Assembly (NCBI GenBank): GCA_038844925.1
Contig: JAWBQY010000001.1
Span: forward strand, 152,629 to 216,628
DNA length: 64,000 bases
DNA from: Sulfolobales archaeon
Lineage (GTDB): Archaea > Thermoproteota > Thermoprotei_A > Sulfolobales > NBVN01
Reading direction: 5' to 3'
In this document: positions 59,586-64,000 of the stretch, one piece after another
Layout: each line of letters opens with the position of its first letter
Position numbering within the stretch: the stretch's first letter is position 1
The notes under the pieces: generated by a model
What the model was told of the DNA's origin: nothing
The model's database searches: none
What the model saw: the letters and a program-made list of their open reading frames with translations, nothing else
Made by a program: the position numbers and the translations under genes

Positions 59586-59638
59586 ACCACCTCACACTGA
59601 ACCGTTAGTTAATTTAATAACTCTATCTAAATAATTTA

Positions 59639-60025
59639 ATGGGATTAAAAATAATTAAGGATGATGCTAACATTAAAAAGATGAGTGATTTGCTGAGAAC
59701 CGGAGCTATAATGCTAAGCGAATCATGCCCTATATGCTCTTTACCACTCTTCAAACTTAAGAGTGGTGAAGTCATATGCCCAACACATGGTAGGGTTCAA
59801 ATAGTTAAGAGTGATGAGGAAATACTCTCCATAACTACTATAGCATCATTAGATGAGTTAGAGAGAGTTGCAGTAAGCATTATCAATAAGTTGAGGAGGG
59901 ATTTAGAAGTTGGGAACTCCGACGCTAATGATTCAAACATAGTTAGGATGTTAGTTTCCTGGCTCGACGTCTTAGAAAGAGTGAGGAGATTGAAAGCAAT
60001 TATAAAACATAGTGAGAAGGCCTGA
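59639..60025 (+). CDS. UPF0148 / SSSCA1-like zinc-ribbon protein
   Basis: 128 aa. The sequence MLSESCPICSLPLFKLKSGEVICPTHG fits the family signature. Confidence 0.55.
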   Translation: MGLKIIKDDANIKKMSDLLRTGAIMLSESCPICSLPLFKLKSGEVICPTHGRVQIVKSDEEILSITTIASLDELERVAVSIINKLRRDLEVGNSDANDSNIVRMLVSWLDVLERVRRLKAIIKHSEKA

Positions 60026-60045
60026 TAGTGAAGGCCTCAGAACCG

Positions 60046-60663
60046 TTAACTCTGGTTTGAGCCACGGATCAATTTGAAAATATGTCCCATCACCTCATCG
60101 ACTACTTTCCCTAGGTCTAACCTACCGTCAATTAGTAGGAGTTCACCGCGTGAGACAAGGTCTAAGTAGATCTTCCTAGCCCTCTTAATTAACTCAATGT
60201 CAGCTTCTACACCCTTAATTCTAGTTGTAGATAATTTCTTTCTCTTCAAACCGACCTCCGGGTCTACATCTAGGTATACAGCTAGCTTAGGCTTCACTAC
60301 AAACTTATTAACATCTAATATCCACTGGAGGTCTACGCCCTGCGCTCCCTGATAGGCGAGTGATGAATAGTAATACCTATCACTAATCACTACGTATCCT
60401 GAACTCATGTAAGGTAGTATGACCTTACTAATATGGTAGTACCTATCTGCAGCCATAAGTAATGTCTGCACTACTGGGTCAATCTCACTCCAATACTCGT
60501 TAACTACATTCACTATAAACTGGGTGTATGGTTCATAGGTGTAAATAGCTTTAAACCCTAAGTCCTCCAGCCTCCGTGTTACTTCCTTAGAGACTGACGT
60601 CTTACCAGCTCCGTCAATACCTTCAATAACTATTAAAATACCCTCACTCAATGACGAACACAC
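60046..60663 (-). CDS. tmk: Thymidylate kinase
   Basis: 205 aa with the P-loop IVIEGIDGAGKTS and a DRY motif. Confidence 0.85.
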   Translation of the reverse strand: MCSSLSEGILIVIEGIDGAGKTSVSKEVTRRLEDLGFKAIYTYEPYTQFIVNVVNEYWSEIDPVVQTLLMAADRYYHISKVILPYMSSGYVVISDRYYYSSLAYQGAQGVDLQWILDVNKFVVKPKLAVYLDVDPEVGLKRKKLSTTRIKGVEADIELIKRARKIYLDLVSRGELLLIDGRLDLGKVVDEVMGHIFKLIRGSNQS

Positions 60664-61039
60664 CCTCCCTACTTAATAGCCTGCCGAAGCATCTACTACA
60701 ACCAGCTAATATCTTAGTAAGACCTACCCAATCCTCAACTACAGCCATAGGTATGTTTGAAAGTACACAACCAGTTATCAATAAGGTATCTAAACTCTTA
60801 ACAATCATTGCTGCAGGTGCGAGTGACCTCTTAGAAAGTGAGTAAATAATATAAGGACCTACTGTACTGCCACTAGAACCCGGGAAGACTAATAGCTTAT
60901 TCTTAATAGGTCCGTAACCTATTAAAACTCCCTGTTCAACGTCTAAATCGCCTAAGAAGGAAATATGCTTACTAACAAATAATACCTCCCCTTCAGCATC
61001 ACCTTCCACAACTTGCTTAATCGGTATTCTAAACCCCAA
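60644..61039 (-). CDS. Aconitase X swivel-domain protein (DUF126), putative phosphomevalonate dehydratase small subunit
   Basis: 131 aa. VEGDAEGEVLFVSKHISFLGDLDVEQGVL matches the DUF126 N-terminal pattern. It lies immediately downstream of the DUF521 gene. Confidence 0.65.
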   Translation of the reverse strand: MGFRIPIKQVVEGDAEGEVLFVSKHISFLGDLDVEQGVLIGYGPIKNKLLVFPGSSGSTVGPYIIYSLSKRSLAPAAMIVKSLDTLLITGCVLSNIPMAVVEDWVGLTKILAGCSRCFGRLLSREGVFVIE

Positions 61040-61064
61040 TCCCTACAACCCTCACACTTAGAAA

Positions 61065-62294
61065 TTATAAGCTTAAACTCAGCCCACCAGTTAAGAACGT
61101 TTTAATTAACTTCTTAGTCGGGAGGACTACTACCGGCACCTTACAAAGCCTACTTATATAGCTACAAGCCTTAGAAGAGTCTGTAACCACATAATTAACT
61201 TTAAGTAAGTCCAGCCTGGATACTACAGCGCATGAACTGCCGATAACCTTAATGTTATACCTCATCAACTTATTAAGCATTTCCTTAACACCCCTATCTA
61301 CAAAGCCCTCATAAGTTGTTATCCATAACTCCCTATCACTTAAGTCTGGCAAGCCACTCATACTGCTTACCTCATCAATCAGCATTTTTAACACGCTTAC
61401 TAATTCATTATAGCTGAGGTGTGGACAACCAATTAGGTAGAGACCCCTACCACCTGCAACATCACTTGAAAACTTCTTAATGTATGACTTTACATCCTCA
61501 CCGCTTATTTTAAAGAACTCCTCGTAAGCTGCATCAGATACTAACTCTTTATATCCTGGGGTCACACCATCTACAATAGCCATAGGCGTATTTGAAGTCG
61601 TACCCAAACCAGCTAGAAATGACTTCAAACTGTAAGTACTTCTAAAACTAAGCCCTAATATGTATGGTATTCTCTCACCTATTAACTCACCAATCATTAA
61701 GCCTAGAAACCCCAACTCTACCTCACCTACACCTACGACGTTCACCAATACTTTAGGCTTCCTATTACTGAGTAAGTGCACTCCTGACTTATGGGTTCTA
61801 CCGGTAATAGCTGCTAGTAATGCGAGAGGTCCCCCCTCCTTATTACTTAGAGCACCCAACACAGTATTAGAGTAGAGGACTGCATTACTCTCAGCCCATG
61901 CTAAGTGCTCGCCCAACCTAGGAGGTCTTACATTATATGGGGCGCATGTGTAGAATTTAACTCCTAACTTATCTAATGCCTTAATAATTCTTAACTGCTT
62001 ATCAACCACCCCATCACCATGTCTCACTCCTAAGTAATCGGACATCACCATATACGGATTTGCCGATGTGAACACCTCAACACTACCACCACTTAACACT
62101 AAATCCTCAATAAATTCTAACCCAGCATCACCTACGTTAAAGTATGAGACTCCTGAAATATGTGCGTGCCCGACCTCCACTAATTCCTGAGCTCCTAACG
62201 CCTCACCAACCTTAACAATGACTTTCAACGCGAGTGCTTTAGCCGCACCGAACTCACCTTTAATCATCCTCTCCTCAATACTGCTTAAGTACAT
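61065..62294 (-). CDS. Aconitase X catalytic-domain protein (DUF521), putative phosphomevalonate dehydratase large subunit
   Basis: 409 aa. MYLSSIEERMIKGEFGAAKALALKVIVKVGEALGAQELVEVGHAHISG is the typical DUF521 N-terminus. Confidence 0.7.
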   Translation of the reverse strand: MYLSSIEERMIKGEFGAAKALALKVIVKVGEALGAQELVEVGHAHISGVSYFNVGDAGLEFIEDLVLSGGSVEVFTSANPYMVMSDYLGVRHGDGVVDKQLRIIKALDKLGVKFYTCAPYNVRPPRLGEHLAWAESNAVLYSNTVLGALSNKEGGPLALLAAITGRTHKSGVHLLSNRKPKVLVNVVGVGEVELGFLGLMIGELIGERIPYILGLSFRSTYSLKSFLAGLGTTSNTPMAIVDGVTPGYKELVSDAAYEEFFKISGEDVKSYIKKFSSDVAGGRGLYLIGCPHLSYNELVSVLKMLIDEVSSMSGLPDLSDRELWITTYEGFVDRGVKEMLNKLMRYNIKVIGSSCAVVSRLDLLKVNYVVTDSSKACSYISRLCKVPVVVLPTKKLIKTFLTGGLSLSL

Positions 62295-62302
62295 CGGAAC
62301 AC

Positions 62303-63601
62303 CTAGACCTTAGGCCTCCTAAACGCTTCAAAACTATCTACCGGTGCAGTCGCATCAATACCTAACTTATCTGTAATACCGTCAGATGAGCTAGGGTCTA
62401 AGGTAGAGCCTCGGGCATTCCTAATAATAATTAAGTCATCACTAGCTTGAACCCTAGTAGCTATAGCCCACTCAACATCTGCTAAGTTATCAGGGTCTAC
62501 GTCCGAATCCACAACCACAACATACTTTAAGCTTGGATGTGAAGCAAACGCAGCTAGTATAGCGTTCTTCGCATCTCCGTCGCTATTCTTATCAATTGAG
62601 ATCACAGCATGTAACCAACAACCACCGGAAGGGGTTAACCTAACTTTATGGACTTTGGGAACTACCCTCCTAACACCGTCCCATATAGCAGCCTCCTTAG
62701 GAAAGCCCATAAGCAGTTTATGCTCCATACCTCCGGGTAAGATTACGTGGAATAAACGCTCCTCAACATGTTTATTTAGGTAGACCCTATCAACATGTAT
62801 TACTGGCTGCTTTCTAGCCCTATCGTAAAGTCCTAGTAGGTCTAGGAAAGGTCCCTCAACGACCTGCTCGTTTATTATCCTCCCCTCCATAACCACTGAG
62901 GAATTGCAGGGGACTGGTAGGCCGTACATAGGAGTTCTACAAAATCTTAAATCACCACCAATCAACTCCCTCGCTAAGTCAAATTCGAAGACACCGTAAG
63001 GAGGTGAGAGAGAAGCTAATAACAGTAGTATCGGATGTACGCCGATAACTACGGCTACTGGAGTGTCAACACCTAATTTGGAGTTCAAACTCACGATCCT
63101 GTAGAGATGTCTTGGAACTATCCTAATAGCAACTCTATCATTAGATACTAACATAAGCCTGTGGATTGATGCATTAAAACTATCTAGGTCAGGCGTCCTA
63201 GCAATCACTATAGATGAGGTAATGTACATACCGCCATCACCTTCGAAGAATTTTATAAATGGCAATCTACTCAAGTCCGTATTAATAGCTGTGAAGTAGT
63301 CTGCGAAACTGTCTTCAAACTCTCTCACACCTGGAGGGTTAGAGCCTAACACGTTAAGTAGTTTTCTATACGCCTCCTCATCATTTGAAGCATTTAAAGC
63401 CTTATACAATTTCCTCCTACTGTTAACTACATTTCCGACGCATAATAAGTCACTACCCTCGACCTCGAAGAGTAAGGTCGTACCATTTAAGTCGGACTCT
63501 ATTAACTCCTTAGTGACTTCCAAGTAAGGTTTTAACTTAGACTTCCTAACTACTAAGCCCTCACCACTGAGTTCATCTACAAACGATTTTAAACTACACA
63601 T
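62303..63601 (-). CDS. UbiD-family (prFMN-dependent) decarboxylase, putative anhydromevalonate-phosphate decarboxylase
   Basis: 432 aa. It has UbiD-like length and core. Function is inferred from adjacency to the AcnX genes. Confidence 0.7.
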   Translation of the reverse strand: MCSLKSFVDELSGEGLVVRKSKLKPYLEVTKELIESDLNGTTLLFEVEGSDLLCVGNVVNSRRKLYKALNASNDEEAYRKLLNVLGSNPPGVREFEDSFADYFTAINTDLSRLPFIKFFEGDGGMYITSSIVIARTPDLDSFNASIHRLMLVSNDRVAIRIVPRHLYRIVSLNSKLGVDTPVAVVIGVHPILLLLASLSPPYGVFEFDLARELIGGDLRFCRTPMYGLPVPCNSSVVMEGRIINEQVVEGPFLDLLGLYDRARKQPVIHVDRVYLNKHVEERLFHVILPGGMEHKLLMGFPKEAAIWDGVRRVVPKVHKVRLTPSGGCWLHAVISIDKNSDGDAKNAILAAFASHPSLKYVVVVDSDVDPDNLADVEWAIATRVQASDDLIIIRNARGSTLDPSSSDGITDKLGIDATAPVDSFEAFRRPKV

Positions 63602-64000
63602 TTAACCACCCTACCAACCTCTTCATACCTTTCATTTAATCTGACCTTACCAGCTATCAGCCCGCCTATAATACCGTTCCAAGGGGTTATAACATATACG
63701 TTCCTACCAACGTAGTCTACTTCGTCTAATATGCCAACTGATACGTCTCTTAAGTCGTTGTCTAAAATACCAACTAATAATCCCTTTTCATCACCCTCAT
63801 AAACGATATTTAACTCCAAGTCCTTCTTACATATGACCTGAGAAGGACTTACCTTAAAACCCTTCTTGAAGACGACGTTTAAAACATTATGAAGTAACGA
63901 GCAGTAGGCAATACCCTCACGTAATGCATTATAGTTTTCTAAATAATCACGTAATTCATCAGTGTTTAACGGCTTACCACTAAGTATGCAGAACCCTATC
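63589..64000 (-). CDS. Hypothetical protein, C-terminal part (5' end outside window)
   Basis: The frame of ORF 63589..63819 remains open to the window edge (...GKPLNTDELRDYLENYNALREGIAYCSLLHNV...). The stop overlaps the UbiD-like start by 13 nt. It may be the C-terminal region of a Clp1/Grc3-like kinase, but this is not verified. Confidence 0.35.
   Translation of the reverse strand, partial: IGFCILSGKPLNTDELRDYLENYNALREGIAYCSLLHNVLNVVFKKGFKVSPSQVICKKDLELNIVYEGDEKGLLVGILDNDLRDVSVGILDEVDYVGRNVYVITPWNGIIGGLIAGKVRLNERYEEVGRVVKCVV

Overview
The window looks like chromosomal DNA from a hyperthermophilic crenarchaeon. Evidence is a reverse gyrase gene, archaeal information-processing genes, intron-containing tRNAs and fragments of SSV-type integrases. 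GC is roughly 40% by eye, and the taxon cannot be verified from here. About 90% of the window is tightly packed core genes, many with overlapping start and stop codons. These include hdrA(partial)-mvhDGA, csl4-dph2-rpl10e, rgy, pyrG, rpoL, tfs, a MacB-like ABC system with a 1204-aa repeat-rich surface protein, ogt, albA, XPB, rnhB, DRG and HflX GTPases, MBF1, aTrm56, TFE, a C5 cytosine methyltransferase, rpoF-rpl21e-pus10-srp54-aIF5A, AOR plus a MoaD-like protein, glmS plus a GlmU-like gene, lutAB-gcvH-glcDF, chrA, PCNA-priS, FAU-1, tmk, and an AcnX/UbiD cluster of the archaeal mevalonate-pathway type. Four tRNA genes are present: Val-CAC, Leu-CAG with an intron, Asp-GTC with an intron, and Val-GAC. 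I found no CRISPR array, rRNA gene, intact mobile element or recognisable defence system.

The most unusual content lies in the intergenic regions:
- The two tRNA-Val genes are inverted relative to each other, and each is followed by a homologous SSV-type integrase N-terminal fragment.
- A repeat family (a 47-aa ORF plus a tail ending AACCTGAAA) occurs in at least five places.
- A perfect 46-bp inverted repeat brackets a 4-kb block of core genes.
- A second perfect 46-bp repeat occurs in direct orientation 14 kb apart.
- One well-formed C/D box sRNA candidate is present.
- Sharp patches inside genes switch synonymous codon choice from T/G-ending to A/C-ending.

None of this can be shown to be novel from sequence alone, and the interest scores are set accordingly.
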